This document shows positions 46,954 to 58,400 of a DNA stretch of 62,800 nucleotides, piece after piece. The stretch spans positions 1 to 62,800 of the forward strand of contig JBNKOT010000377.1 of the NCBI GenBank assembly GCA_050294855.1. The letters are read 5' to 3'. The notes beneath the pieces were generated by a model that did not search any database, was not told the origin of the DNA, and worked only from the letters and a program-made list of their open reading frames with translations. The first letter of the stretch is position 1; every line of letters starts with the position of its first letter. This stretch comes from Draconibacterium sp. (GTDB lineage: Bacteria > Bacteroidota > Bacteroidia > Bacteroidales > Prolixibacteraceae). The position numbers and the translations under genes were made by a program.

Positions 46954-49900
46954 TTACAAGTTCATTTTAATTCCGATAAAATAACTTCTGGTTTGCGGCA
47001 GCATGCCTGCATCAATTCCCTGGTAAAGCACTTCGTTTTTCACCGAAACTTCAGGATCTCGTCCTAAATAATTTGTTAGTGTAAACAGGTTGTTGGCCGA
47101 AATCCAAATATTAAGTCCTTCGATTATAGTGCTTTTTAAAGGAACCGTGTAACCCAGCGACAACGTTTTAAAACGCAGGTACGATCCGTCTTCGATCCAA
47201 CGGTCAGAAAAACTTGAGTTGCCCATCGGGTCGGTATAAATTGCTTTGGGTTGATTGGTTTCCTGTCCTTCGTAAAACCAGCGATTCAACATTGCCGTTG
47301 TCTGGTTCCAGGGATAACTTCCTTGTTCCAGATTTGCTCTTAGCGCATTGTAAACATCGTTTCCATATGAATAGGTGAAAAGCATATCTAAAGTGAAATT
47401 CATATAATGAATTGAACTGTTTAAAGTGCCATAAATATCCGGATTTGGATCGCCAATAATCTGACGGTCGTTATCGTCGATGATGCCATCCTTGTTCAAA
47501 TCATCGAAATGCACGTCGCCGGCTTCGAAGAAATGAGAAATCCCGTTTTTGTCGACAACTTTCAGGTCTGCAGCTGAGGCCGATTCTTCATCTGTAAAAA
47601 CACCAAGGTTTTTGTATCCATAAAAAACACCACTCGAATTTCCAACCGATGTCAAAATATCGGCACCGTATAATGATGTAAGGTAATCACCATCGGGCAG
47701 CGATTTGATTTGATTTTTATAATGGGCAACACTAGCACCCACTTCCCATTTGAAATTAGAGTAATTGATCAGTTTTACATCGGTCGAGAATTCAAAACCA
47801 TTGTTCGATAACTCACCGCCGTTGCCCCAATAATATCCGTTACCCGAAACTTCAGGTAATGATTTCAGGAAAAGCAGGTCTTTGGTTTTGTTGCTGTACA
47901 AATCGGCAGATACCGATAAACGGTCGTTAAACAACATTGCATCGATTCCAAAACTTGCTTTGGCTGTGGTTTCCCACTGTATTTCTGTATTTCCGATGTT
48001 GGCCAGAATTAAACCATTGGCGCGGTCCATGTAACGAGTTGATTCGAAATAAGCACTCCAGGCGTAAGGATCGATGTCGTCGTTACCTGATAAACCGTAA
48101 CCAACACGCAATTTCAACCAATCGACAGCATCAACATTAGCCATAAATTCTTCAGAAGAAATCAGCCAGGCTGCATTTACCGATGGAAAAACGGCCCAAC
48201 TGCGATCGAACAACTGGAAACCGCCCTGGGTTTCGCTCCCGAAACGTGAGGATGCATCGATGGCCAAAGCAGCAGAAACGAAATAACGATTGTCGAAATT
48301 GTAATCACCCGACAGGTAATTCGATATTGATTTTACGCGGTTGTTTACACCGTCGGTTTTTCTGATCAGCTGATTTAAAAGATTTCTTTTCTGATCGGAA
48401 CCCGAGTTGTGTCCTTCTCCATAATCTGCTTCATAAAAATTGGAAATGTAGCGAAAACCTGCCACTGCTTTTATATTGTGCACTTCTTCGATTTGTTTCA
48501 CAAACATCAGTTGTGTTTCGTCGAATATGTTAATATTCCTCACCACCTGACTTTTAAAAACGTTTTCCGAAATTCCAATTCCGGGTAGTTCTTGATTGGC
48601 CACACCCACCACTGGGCTGTAATTGGTTTCCTTGAACTTGTCGATTGCATAATCAAACTGTGTACTTAATGTAAGGTAAGGCGACAGTTTAAATTCGGGT
48701 TTAAACCCAATCGAAAGCCGGTAGTGTTTATTTGTATTCAATGCATTTGCAATAATTGCCGTTGGGTTTCCCACATCAAATTCATCCGAATCTTCCAAAT
48801 CAGTTGTTAATGATCCGGTCGGAGTATACGAATACGGACTTAGAAAAGGCGCCTTCACTAAAGCTAAGAAAGAAGGAGATGTGTAGGTATTAATACCGTC
48901 ATCGAGCAAAGTGCGATCGATGCTGGTGTATCCAATGTTCATTCCTAGTTTAATGTTGTCAGAAAGAAAGAAATCGGCATTGGTGCGGGTATTCAGGCGC
49001 TGCAAATCGGTTGTTTTAACAATTCCCTTATTTCCGGTGTAACCGAGCGAGAAATAGTAGAGTGCTTTTGCATCACCACCGCTAACACCGATGTTGTAAC
49101 TATGCGTAAATCCTTGTTGATATACTTCGTCGTTCCAATCGGTATTGTTGTGATATTTTTTATAAGTAATCGAATTCGGATCGTCGTTTAAATAAGGAAT
49201 TTCGTCGATCTGTTCAGAAGGCAGATCTGTTGAACCCATCAGATCGGTGGTATAAACCCGAAACTGATCGCCGCTCATCATCGGCAGCGATGTTACTTTT
49301 TCGGTGAGGCCGACAAAAGAATTAAAAACAATTTTAGTCGCTAAATCCTTCCCACGTTTGGTTCTGATTACAATAACTCCATTACTCCCTTTCGATCCGT
49401 AAATTGAGGTTCCGTCTTTGATAACTGTAACACTTTCAATGTCGGTCATGTCAATATCATTCAACGGATTGTTGTGAAATCCGTCGTTCACCGAACTCAT
49501 ATCGAAATAGTTGTTCCAGATTACACCGTCGACAATATAAAGTGGTTGTGCATTCATATTCACCGAGTTCAATCCCCGAATAAACAAAGATGTACCCATG
49601 CCGGAGTTGCCTGTGCGATTTATCGCCCGAACATTTGCCCCCAGTTTTGTCTGAATGGCATTATCGACCGAAAGAAAAACCGGATTTCCAAGGTTGTGTG
49701 TACCTTCGGTAGCATTCACAGCGTACGAAGAACGAACCGGACCAACCAGACCTTCAATATCCTTGTAGGAATCGAGGAAAACATCAGAATAAAGATCTAT
49801 TTCAAGATTTTCTTTTCCTTGAACCGGAACTTCTCTTTGGTTGTAATCGAAAGCAACAACGATCAAAATTTCACTTGCAGATGTGACTTCGATCTCGAAT

Positions 49901-50160
49901 TGTCCCTGTTCGTCAGTAGTTGCAGCTGTTTTATGGTTTTGCGCATGCATCTGAGCCGCAACAATTGGTTGTTGCGTTTTTGCATCCCTTACGACACCTT
50001 TCACTGTGAATGCCCGCGGATTGACCACTCTAATTGAATCGTGTACCGCCGAATCAACAATTTGAGTTGTATCGGTTTGTCCATAAGCTACGTTACATGC
50101 TGCCAAAGTTCCGGCTATAAAGATCGAACGCAGGAATTTTCGCATGAAATGATTCCTCAT
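46954..50160 (-). CDS. susC: SusC/RagA TonB-dependent transporter
   Basis: IRGLNS..QPLYIVDG, DIESVTVIKDGTSIYGSKGSNGVIVIRTKRG, WETT, GDPNPD, DRWIEDGSYLR, DPE, P.TRSY; start chosen at ATG 50160 (alternatives 50196, 50145). Confidence 0.95.
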   Translation of the reverse strand: MRNHFMRKFLRSIFIAGTLAACNVAYGQTDTTQIVDSAVHDSIRVVNPRAFTVKGVVRDAKTQQPIVAAQMHAQNHKTAATTDEQGQFEIEVTSASEILIVVAFDYNQREVPVQGKENLEIDLYSDVFLDSYKDIEGLVGPVRSSYAVNATEGTHNLGNPVFLSVDNAIQTKLGANVRAINRTGNSGMGTSLFIRGLNSVNMNAQPLYIVDGVIWNNYFDMSSVNDGFHNNPLNDIDMTDIESVTVIKDGTSIYGSKGSNGVIVIRTKRGKDLATKIVFNSFVGLTEKVTSLPMMSGDQFRVYTTDLMGSTDLPSEQIDEIPYLNDDPNSITYKKYHNNTDWNDEVYQQGFTHSYNIGVSGGDAKALYYFSLGYTGNKGIVKTTDLQRLNTRTNADFFLSDNIKLGMNIGYTSIDRTLLDDGINTYTSPSFLALVKAPFLSPYSYTPTGSLTTDLEDSDEFDVGNPTAIIANALNTNKHYRLSIGFKPEFKLSPYLTLSTQFDYAIDKFKETNYSPVVGVANQELPGIGISENVFKSQVVRNINIFDETQLMFVKQIEEVHNIKAVAGFRYISNFYEADYGEGHNSGSDQKRNLLNQLIRKTDGVNNRVKSISNYLSGDYNFDNRYFVSAALAIDASSRFGSETQGGFQLFDRSWAVFPSVNAAWLISSEEFMANVDAVDWLKLRVGYGLSGNDDIDPYAWSAYFESTRYMDRANGLILANIGNTEIQWETTAKASFGIDAMLFNDRLSVSADLYSNKTKDLLFLKSLPEVSGNGYYWGNGGELSNNGFEFSTDVKLINYSNFKWEVGASVAHYKNQIKSLPDGDYLTSLYGADILTSVGNSSGVFYGYKNLGVFTDEESASAADLKVVDKNGISHFFEAGDVHFDDLNKDGIIDDNDRQIIGDPNPDIYGTLNSSIHYMNFTLDMLFTYSYGNDVYNALRANLEQGSYPWNQTTAMLNRWFYEGQETNQPKAIYTDPMGNSSFSDRWIEDGSYLRFKTLSLGYTVPLKSTIIEGLNIWISANNLFTLTNYLGRDPEVSVKNEVLYQGIDAGMLPQTRSYFIGIKMNL

Positions 50161-50215
50161 CGTATTAGTTATTTTAGTGTCTATGTTCATTATCATCCTA
50201 TCTATTAATTTGAAC

Positions 50216-51766
50216 CTATTCCAAAACCGGTTCTAAAATGATACAATCGATACGCATTATCCGGCTAAAATCTCCAGACTGCTCTTCCTGTGTTGATACA
50301 TCGTTAATAACCTCCAGTTTTACCGCAACTCTATCGTATTCCTCGCTATAAACGTTCGCGAATTCGAAATCAAACTGATCGACAAACATCTTGGTAAGGT
50401 TTAAAGTATCGGTTATGTTGTTTTCAGGTGTAACACGTTTTATAAAGGTACTTCCGCTCGATCTCCGAATATAGGTGAGCTGAAATTTTGCTTTTGTTGG
50501 TGTGTAGTTATTTGGATCTACAATATTAGCAGGCACAAAAACACAGTAAATATTGTATTTTGCCGAAAGTGTATTTGGTATCGAAAATTCAACAGCCGGA
50601 GCAGTCGTTGTTGGATCGACCAAAATGTAATAATTGTTCGACGCTGTATATTCTGTACCGTAACTCGATCGTATAAAAACATTACTTCCGGTGTTGGTTC
50701 TGCCAAACGTGTGTTCCGCTTCAACTTTAATTGTTTTAAACCACGAAGAGGTGTCGGGGTAAGGCATTTGATTGGTAACGTATGCAAGTCCGTTACTCAG
50801 CGATTCGTAATCCAACCCTTTAAAAAGTTCGCTTGGATTGTGGAATACATTCCCATAAGTCGATATCAGCGAGTCGTACTTTTCTGGTTCACTAATTCGG
50901 TCGCGATAAAGCATGTCCTGAACTATGGTATAGCGTGTCATTTCCTTTTGTCGATCGGTACTACCGGCATCGTCGGGGAAATTATAATATCCTTTGATTT
51001 TAGAATAAGCCTCGTTCCATGCATTGTTATCAGGCATAATTGCGGTATAAATACTGTCTTCTGAATCGATGGCTCCAAGTCTTTCCAAAACCGGATTTGA
51101 GATTACAAAAATGCTGTCGTAAATTACCTGACCTTCTTCATTTGAGCCTATCTCGGTGCTGTTCTCAGCATCAAAAATAACTTGCGACTGTCCGTAAATA
51201 TATTCGCGCAATGAGTCGAGTCCACTTGTTTCTCCCAAATATTCCCAAAGGTTGGCAACGTAGGGGGCATAACCATCGATCTCATGAATCAATCCGTTTT
51301 TTGTAGGTTGATTGGGTTTGGAAATGAGGTTCTCTCCAAAACTGTATCCCGATGCATCTTTGGCAAAACTTACATATTTGCTGTTCAACATTCGGATGTA
51401 TGAATAATCAACTCCGGATGTAGTAATCCTGCTGCGGGCGATGTGGTTCTTCACTGTTTTTGTAAGCAGTTCGGTGTTCGATAGATCAAAACCCGTTAGT
51501 GCATCGTTTTTTGGTGCCCAAACTGTGTAAGCCTGCGAAGCATTCAGAATATTGTCGTAACCGGTTATTTCCAACATGTTGGAAAATGTGCTCAGTTCCG
51601 GTTGTTCTTTGATGTACTCGGTCACTGTTTTGTCGGGAAGATCAAAAGATGCTTCATCATAATGGTTATCCCATTCTTGTGTACAGGCTGTAGCCAGCAA
51701 GAAAATGATCAAGACCGAGAGGGGAATAATTCCCTTTAAATAGTTGTATTTCATTGTGAACAGCAT
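50216..51766 (-). CDS. Fasciclin (FAS1) domain lipoprotein, probable surface glycan-binding protein
   Basis: Lipobox ATAC; YTVWAPKNDA / KNGLIHEID and YTAIMPDN / SNGLAY FAS1-like motifs. Confidence 0.82.
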   Translation of the reverse strand: MLFTMKYNYLKGIIPLSVLIIFLLATACTQEWDNHYDEASFDLPDKTVTEYIKEQPELSTFSNMLEITGYDNILNASQAYTVWAPKNDALTGFDLSNTELLTKTVKNHIARSRITTSGVDYSYIRMLNSKYVSFAKDASGYSFGENLISKPNQPTKNGLIHEIDGYAPYVANLWEYLGETSGLDSLREYIYGQSQVIFDAENSTEIGSNEEGQVIYDSIFVISNPVLERLGAIDSEDSIYTAIMPDNNAWNEAYSKIKGYYNFPDDAGSTDRQKEMTRYTIVQDMLYRDRISEPEKYDSLISTYGNVFHNPSELFKGLDYESLSNGLAYVTNQMPYPDTSSWFKTIKVEAEHTFGRTNTGSNVFIRSSYGTEYTASNNYYILVDPTTTAPAVEFSIPNTLSAKYNIYCVFVPANIVDPNNYTPTKAKFQLTYIRRSSGSTFIKRVTPENNITDTLNLTKMFVDQFDFEFANVYSEEYDRVAVKLEVINDVSTQEEQSGDFSRIMRIDCIILEPVLE

Positions 51767-51880
51767 TTCATTCGTTTATATTTTCAATTTTCAGCGGCAA
51801 TTCGTGTCTGTCAGCAGGCAGCGAATTCGCTTGAAATATATTCATCTGTTTAGCAATTTTTATCATGCTTGTTTCTGTTC

Positions 51881-53860
51881 TTAATAAATGTCTTCGTACT
51901 CCAACACTTCCAGCGGAACAAATTCCAGGTAGTCGAACATAAATTCACCTGATTTTACCGCTTTCACTGAAAAGGTGTGCGTACTCCACTCATTAAAAGT
52001 ATATATACCCAAAATCCGTCGAAGAACCTGATCTTCCATGCGCGCACTGGCGCCACTGTACCACCACTCTGCAATAACTGTATAGCTGGCAGGACCTTTC
52101 ATGTAACCACGATTGCGCATCGCTTTATCGTTTTCAAAACCATCAGGGTCTCGTGAGTCTGTACCCGGAAGTTGATAACCTATATCGGGATTGTTAGCCG
52201 ACAAACGTAAATCGAGTGGAATACCGGTCGGGATATCATCCCAATACAATTGGGCCACTCCTCTCCCTCCTGTCGGCTGGTAACCAAAACGTACTTCGTA
52301 GGTGCCCGGAGGAATTGTTGGTGTCGTAATATCGAAATCATATAAACCTAAAAGGAACATTTCGTCTCCCTGATAATCCATAAATCGGTCATCAGCATTA
52401 AAATAATGGACCTCGGTGGTTGACGAGGCATTAATTCGGTCAACGAATCCATTAGGAAGAAACCATCGTTCAGAAAATAGACCACCGCCTACATGAGAAT
52501 TCCCAACTCGAATGTTGTTATTTACAAACTCGGGAAAGAAACTGGAAACATCCATTCTCAGGCGTTTGGTAGAAAGCATTCTTTCAACATCAGCATTGTA
52601 AACCAGGATATTGTCAATTTCGTGATAAACCCCATTCAATGCATCATTATCGAAATTTTCTGTAAGACGAATGGCCTGACCAGATTCGGGAATCATATTA
52701 AAAACATTGTATTCATTTGTTGTGCGAAGTGTGCGCACCTCCAATAATGTATTCGGACACAGGGTTTCAATGTATTCGAACATATCCACTACCTTAACTG
52801 AGTGACTTTCACCTGTTGATTCGTAATTCATCCCCGTGTTGTCATATTTCTCGATAAACAGTCTCATGGGAAGCTTTTTATTGAGCAAGTGGTATGCTAC
52901 AAACCGGTTCAAACTGTTTTTCCTATTTGTCACGTCGGTAATCGAGGCATCTTCGGGATATATGTCATCATATACCTGTTTGGCATAAGCTTTCATATCA
53001 TCTAAATTATTGATGTTATGTTCGGCATAGGTATCGTTGCTTTCCATTAAGGCCGTAAAACCATATTTTCTTTCCCGCGGAATGCGAACTCTGGCATAAT
53101 TATATATGTATCCCGAGTTTTCTCTCGCTACCCATTCCGGATCAGGTACATAACTCTCATCTTTTATCAAACGCAAGTTCTGATCGAGGCCAGTTGCCTC
53201 CAAAGCTTCAAGAAATAAAGAAAAATCTTCATCCTTGGCAATGGCTTCAACCAATGTATTATCGGTTGGAGATACTACTTCACTGATCTCCTGAATAACT
53301 CCGTTGTGAACCTCAATGTCTTTGGTTGTAATTGTAGAATACGAATTTACAGTGTAAACCAGACCATTTTCATCGGTAGAAATTCCAATGTCGACAAAGC
53401 GGCCACTCATGGTTTGTTTATTTAAAAAACCTTCAACAAATTCATCGGTAGTGATGGTAAAATCCTTGATAATATGATTGTAAGCGATTTTTTTAAGTTC
53501 ATCAACCGTAAAATCATTAATCGAGTTTTTTCCTTTGCTTTGGTAAAACCGATGCATCGCTTCATCGTCGGGTACAAAACAGGTGTAATCGCCATAGGCA
53601 TTTAATAATCCGAGTACTCTGGTTGTGTCGAGGAGTGCTGTAAATTCGGAGTATTTCTCCGGACGGTTCCTGATGTATTGCCCAACTGTTTCACCAGTGA
53701 AAGTATAGTAATTGTCACCTATATCATCGCTGATACAGGATGGCATTACAGACATTAAAGTTGCAAATGCGATTATTGACAGTGTTATTCCTTTGGTGCC
53801 GATTTTTGCTACCAATTTTTGGAAAACTGTTCGATTCATTTTATAGATTTTCATTCTCAA
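51881..53860 (-). CDS. Fasciclin (FAS1) domain lipoprotein
   Basis: Lipobox MPSC; YTCFVPDDEAM / HNGVIQEI and FTALMESND / LNGVYHEIDNIL. Confidence 0.82.
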   Translation of the reverse strand: MRMKIYKMNRTVFQKLVAKIGTKGITLSIIAFATLMSVMPSCISDDIGDNYYTFTGETVGQYIRNRPEKYSEFTALLDTTRVLGLLNAYGDYTCFVPDDEAMHRFYQSKGKNSINDFTVDELKKIAYNHIIKDFTITTDEFVEGFLNKQTMSGRFVDIGISTDENGLVYTVNSYSTITTKDIEVHNGVIQEISEVVSPTDNTLVEAIAKDEDFSLFLEALEATGLDQNLRLIKDESYVPDPEWVARENSGYIYNYARVRIPRERKYGFTALMESNDTYAEHNINNLDDMKAYAKQVYDDIYPEDASITDVTNRKNSLNRFVAYHLLNKKLPMRLFIEKYDNTGMNYESTGESHSVKVVDMFEYIETLCPNTLLEVRTLRTTNEYNVFNMIPESGQAIRLTENFDNDALNGVYHEIDNILVYNADVERMLSTKRLRMDVSSFFPEFVNNNIRVGNSHVGGGLFSERWFLPNGFVDRINASSTTEVHYFNADDRFMDYQGDEMFLLGLYDFDITTPTIPPGTYEVRFGYQPTGGRGVAQLYWDDIPTGIPLDLRLSANNPDIGYQLPGTDSRDPDGFENDKAMRNRGYMKGPASYTVIAEWWYSGASARMEDQVLRRILGIYTFNEWSTHTFSVKAVKSGEFMFDYLEFVPLEVLEYEDIY

Positions 53861-53868
53861 TACTTTTA

Positions 53869-55434
53869 CTAATTATCTTCACCGTTAACCTTATAAAATT
53901 CGTTTTGTACAAGGGCAGAGTTTGCCTTTAATTCATCGGTATGTACAGGCAAATACAAGGCATCCATAACCGACATTTTATTTGATTCTCCGGATGAACC
54001 TCCTGTGAATTTTTTTGTCACATAACTCAGAAGTGGTGCAGGCGAATCAACTCGTCTTGCCAAACGCATCAGGTCGAACCAGCGCTTTCCTTCAAACATC
54101 AGTTCGCGCTGGCGTTCTCTCATGTACAACTCATCTAGTTTGAGCTTTGAGGTATAATTATCGGCCATTAAACCCTGCTCATCTTCCTCGATATTCGATC
54201 TCATGTAAATAGTATTTAACAACGCAATGGCTTCGTCGACATTACTGTCAAGTTGAATCAGCGCTTCGGCCTTCATCAGGTAGATTTCTGAAAGTCGGTA
54301 AACAATCCAGTTGGCTGTTACATTTCGGTAGTAATAATAACTGACTTCAGTTGTCGCATCTTCAAGGCGCTCAACACCTGCATATTTAAATACATAATAA
54401 CTATCGCCACCGGTTTCTTTTCGTAAAAAATCTTTCTCACGCAAATCTTTGCTACTTTCTTTTGTGTTGGCTACAATGAAGTTAAACGGGCTGTATTTCC
54501 CGGTAACCAGAACACTTGGAAAACTCCATTGCCCGGTTGGATTTCCTACGTAACCGTAGTAGTCGCGCACAATCCAATTGTACATTAGGTCTTCGTCGAA
54601 TTGCAATTCGAAAATGCTTTCTTTAGAATTGCCCTGATAAAAAACTTTTGGAATTACATTTTCACCAATTTCGAGTTCAAGATCAGAATTCGGATCATTT
54701 AGTATCTCGTCGCACATTGCTATACACTTATTGTATTCTTGTTGCCAAAGGTAAATGTCGGCCAAAAGTGCCCGAACTGCGTTGGTCGTAATTCTCCCTT
54801 TTGTATATGCAAGTGTTTCATAATTGTCGCGCGAATATTTTAGAGCAGTTTGCAGATCGGCAACAATGTTATTCAGAATAGTTTCTTCCGACGATTGAGG
54901 AATGCTATAATCTTGTGCGTCGTCGATACTCGGTTCGCCTACCCATGGAACATTCTCGAATGTGCGTACCAGGTAAAAGTACATCAGTGCGCGTATTGTA
55001 AGTACCTCTGCTTCCATCGAATGGAGTTTCGATTCTGTGAAGTTGGCGTCAATTTCGACAACACCCGGTGCATAATGTAAAAAGTTGTTGCAATTATTTA
55101 TTACAGTATAAAATGAACCCCAATGGCAATAACCGTTATCGGCGGTAATATCTACGTTTAGCATTTTAGACATATCGGATGGCATGCCCCTTCCATAGGT
55201 TACATTGTCGGATCTTAGTTCTCCCCAGACCAACATTCTGCTCATCACATCTACTTCGGTCATCGAGCGATAACATGCAGCAAGCACCTGGCTTACCTGA
55301 CTTTCGTTTTGCCAGAAATCATCGAGTACGATTTCACTCTCAGGCCTGATATCGAGCCAGTCGGAGCAACCCGACATTACGATTATTAGGCCTGTTATTG
55401 TTAATATGGAAAATAATTTTTTCATCTTCATCAT
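53869..55434 (-). CDS. susD: RagB/SusD family glycan-binding lipoprotein
   Basis: Lipobox MSGC, WGELRSDN, RALMYFYLVRTF, ESIFELQF, YRLSEIYLMKAEA, ERQRELMFEGKRWFDLMR. Confidence 0.95.
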   Translation of the reverse strand: MMKMKKLFSILTITGLIIVMSGCSDWLDIRPESEIVLDDFWQNESQVSQVLAACYRSMTEVDVMSRMLVWGELRSDNVTYGRGMPSDMSKMLNVDITADNGYCHWGSFYTVINNCNNFLHYAPGVVEIDANFTESKLHSMEAEVLTIRALMYFYLVRTFENVPWVGEPSIDDAQDYSIPQSSEETILNNIVADLQTALKYSRDNYETLAYTKGRITTNAVRALLADIYLWQQEYNKCIAMCDEILNDPNSDLELEIGENVIPKVFYQGNSKESIFELQFDEDLMYNWIVRDYYGYVGNPTGQWSFPSVLVTGKYSPFNFIVANTKESSKDLREKDFLRKETGGDSYYVFKYAGVERLEDATTEVSYYYYRNVTANWIVYRLSEIYLMKAEALIQLDSNVDEAIALLNTIYMRSNIEEDEQGLMADNYTSKLKLDELYMRERQRELMFEGKRWFDLMRLARRVDSPAPLLSYVTKKFTGGSSGESNKMSVMDALYLPVHTDELKANSALVQNEFYKVNGEDN

Positions 55435-55438
55435 TCAT

Positions 55439-58400
55439 TTAAAAAGTCACTGAGACTCCAAAAGTTGCATCTTTCGAACGCGGAGTTGGAGAGTTGTCAA
55501 CACTCACACCAAATGAGCCGTAACCTACTTCCGGATCAACACCTGTGTATTTTGTCAATACAAATAAGTTGTTAATGGTAAGGTAGAAACTCACTTGTTG
55601 CATTTTGTATTTTTTCAATTTAGCTTCCGGAATTGCATAGTTAAAGGTTAAGTATTTCATTCTAAGAAAAGAACCATCTTCAACATAACGATCGCTTCCC
55701 AGCCAGTTGTAACCGTAATTGTACAAAGCACGCGGCATTTCGGTTACGTCACCGTCTTTTCTCCATCGCCAGTTTACCGAAGTACTCTGATTGTTTAAGT
55801 AGTACATATTTTCGGCATTCATTCGGGCCATGTTAACGATGTCGTTTCCAACACGAAAATTGAAAAATGCCGTTACAGAAAGGCTTTTATACCTTAAGGT
55901 TGAACCAAAACCACCGTTAAACATGGGATTAGAATTCCCAAGGTAAACAATGTCAAGCTCGTCGATGTTTCCATCGCTGTTAATGTCTTCATAAATGGCA
56001 TCGCCACCTCTGAATTGATATTCGTTACTTTTGCCGTACGCAAAATACATGGGCAACGGATTACCTTCTTGGTCGGAAAAAACATTTCCGTTTTCATCGC
56101 GTGCAACCGGTGCGTTCTCTTGTACGCCTTCTATATAATCGTTGTATTGATACACTCCTTTGTAGCGGAATCCATAAATAGATCCGTAAGCATTTCCTTC
56201 CTGAATTCGAGACAAATAAGTTCCGTTTGTATAGTTGTAGTCGGCATTGTAAGAGGCGAGAATATCGTCTCTTAACTCAACAATTGTATTTACATAATTT
56301 GATAAGTTGAAATTGAAATCGACCGTAAAATCTTTAACACGGATGGCCCGGTTGGTAAAGAAGTTCAGTTCCCATCCATTATTATCCATGGTTCCCACAT
56401 TCTGAACCGGTACATTATTAAAACCTGAAGAGCTCGGAATGCTCAGGTTATTAAACAATAAGTCTTCTGTATGTTTATTGTAGAAATTGACTTCGAAATT
56501 AAAACGATCGTTAAAAAAACCAAGATCCATACCGTAGTTGAACGATGTTGATTTCTCCCACCTTAAATCGGCTAAACGCAATGTTGTTGGCCGGGTGGCT
56601 GCCATATCGATATAACTTCCGTACGGCGAGTAACGACTAAAGTGAAGGTATTCTGCATCCGGATCGTTACCGGCAACACCCCAACTTGGGCGAAGGGCAA
56701 ACATGCTCAGCCATTTACTGGTTGATTGCATAAAATCTTCATCTGAAATGATCCACTTTGCCGAAATTCCGGGGAAATTTCCGTATTTGTATTTTTCACC
56801 AAATTTTGTACTGCCTTCTCTACGAAAAGTTGCGCCCAAAATGTAGCGGTCTTTGAAAACATAATGGCCTCTAAAAGTAAGTGCGTTGGATCGGAAAGAA
56901 TACCGACTTGTGGAAATACCAGTAGAATAGCCATAACCCGATGCATCAACAATATTACCTGAAGGAATATTGGTAACACCCATTCCTTGAGAAGAACTGT
57001 TTCCGGTAATAATCTGCAGATTTCCCTGTACCAAAAGCGAATGATCGGAGTTATAAATTTTGGGTTGCCAGGTAATCTTGTTGTCAGCTAAAACAGTAGT
57101 ACTTTCCGAGTCGTAGCTGTCGGCGGCATTAATGGCTCCGTCGTTCCAGGGTGCATTCGATACTTCAGCGGGTAAAAACCTACTCACTTTATCGTTGTTT
57201 ACATCAAACGAAACATCGAGGTTGTACCTCAGCGTCTGGATTTCTGGATTCAGCAGGTCGTATTGTAACCTGAAAATTGGTCGAATACGGTAATTTTTCA
57301 GGTTGTTGGTTGCCAATTGGGCGGTTGCCACCGGATTTCTTAAATCACGCTGATCGGGATGCAAGGTAGAACTTCGCGAAATGTTATAATAAACATCTGT
57401 TTCATCGCCTTCCAGATTTTGCTGATATATGCTTACATTGGGCATTTTTCGATAAGCAATCCCTAAAATATTGTCATAATTCCTGTCGTTATCGGTATAG
57501 AAGAAAGTTAATTCCGTAATAAATTTAATCCTGTCAGAAACCGAATAATCGAGATAAGCAGTCGATGTTATCCGATTCATTTTTTGCCCGATAACAGTAC
57601 CAGTCTGTGTCAGGAATCCGGTAGAAACCCGGTATCTTGCTCGTTGACCCCCACCCGAAACATTCAGGTAGTTATCGTGTTTAAATCCTATTTGCGACAC
57701 CGCATCAACCCAGTCTGTATTATTGTTGAAGTTTTCATATTCAGAGAAGGTCGGATCATACAAAAATTCGCGCACATTGGCAGCATTTTCATTCTGCTGT
57801 GGATTGAAATATGCCTGTTTCATCATCATTGTATAATCGTCACCGTTCAACATGTTCAGGCCTTGTGGTTGTTTTGCGGCTGTAAAACGGTACGAATACT
57901 GAACACGAGTAGGCCCCGAGGCTCCTTTTTTTGTTTTGATAACAAGCACGCCGTTGGCTCCTTTTGAACCCCAAACTGCAGTTGAAGCAGCATCTTTTAA
58001 TACGGTAATTTCTTCAATATCATCGGGATTTATGCTCAACATGTTTGCATATTGTTCCTGGTTTGCAGCTGCAAAATCGAAAGAAGGATCGACGTTAATT
58101 TCATATGGGAAGCCGTTTACTACGATTAATGGTTGTGTGTTCGCATTAATAGAAGATGTTCCCCTAATCCTCATGGTTGCGCCCGATCCAAGGTCTCCGG
58201 AGTTGGCAACAATATCCAAGCCGGCAATACGACCTTGCATTGCTTCATCGATTGAAGTTACCTGAACTCCTTCGAATTCTTTGGTACTCAGGGTTTGAAC
58301 GGCGGTGGAAAGTTCGCGTTGAGGAATATCAAAACTTCCGTCGGAAATTTTCTTTTCCGCAGTAATTACAACGTCTTCAATTACTTGTAGATCTTCTTTC

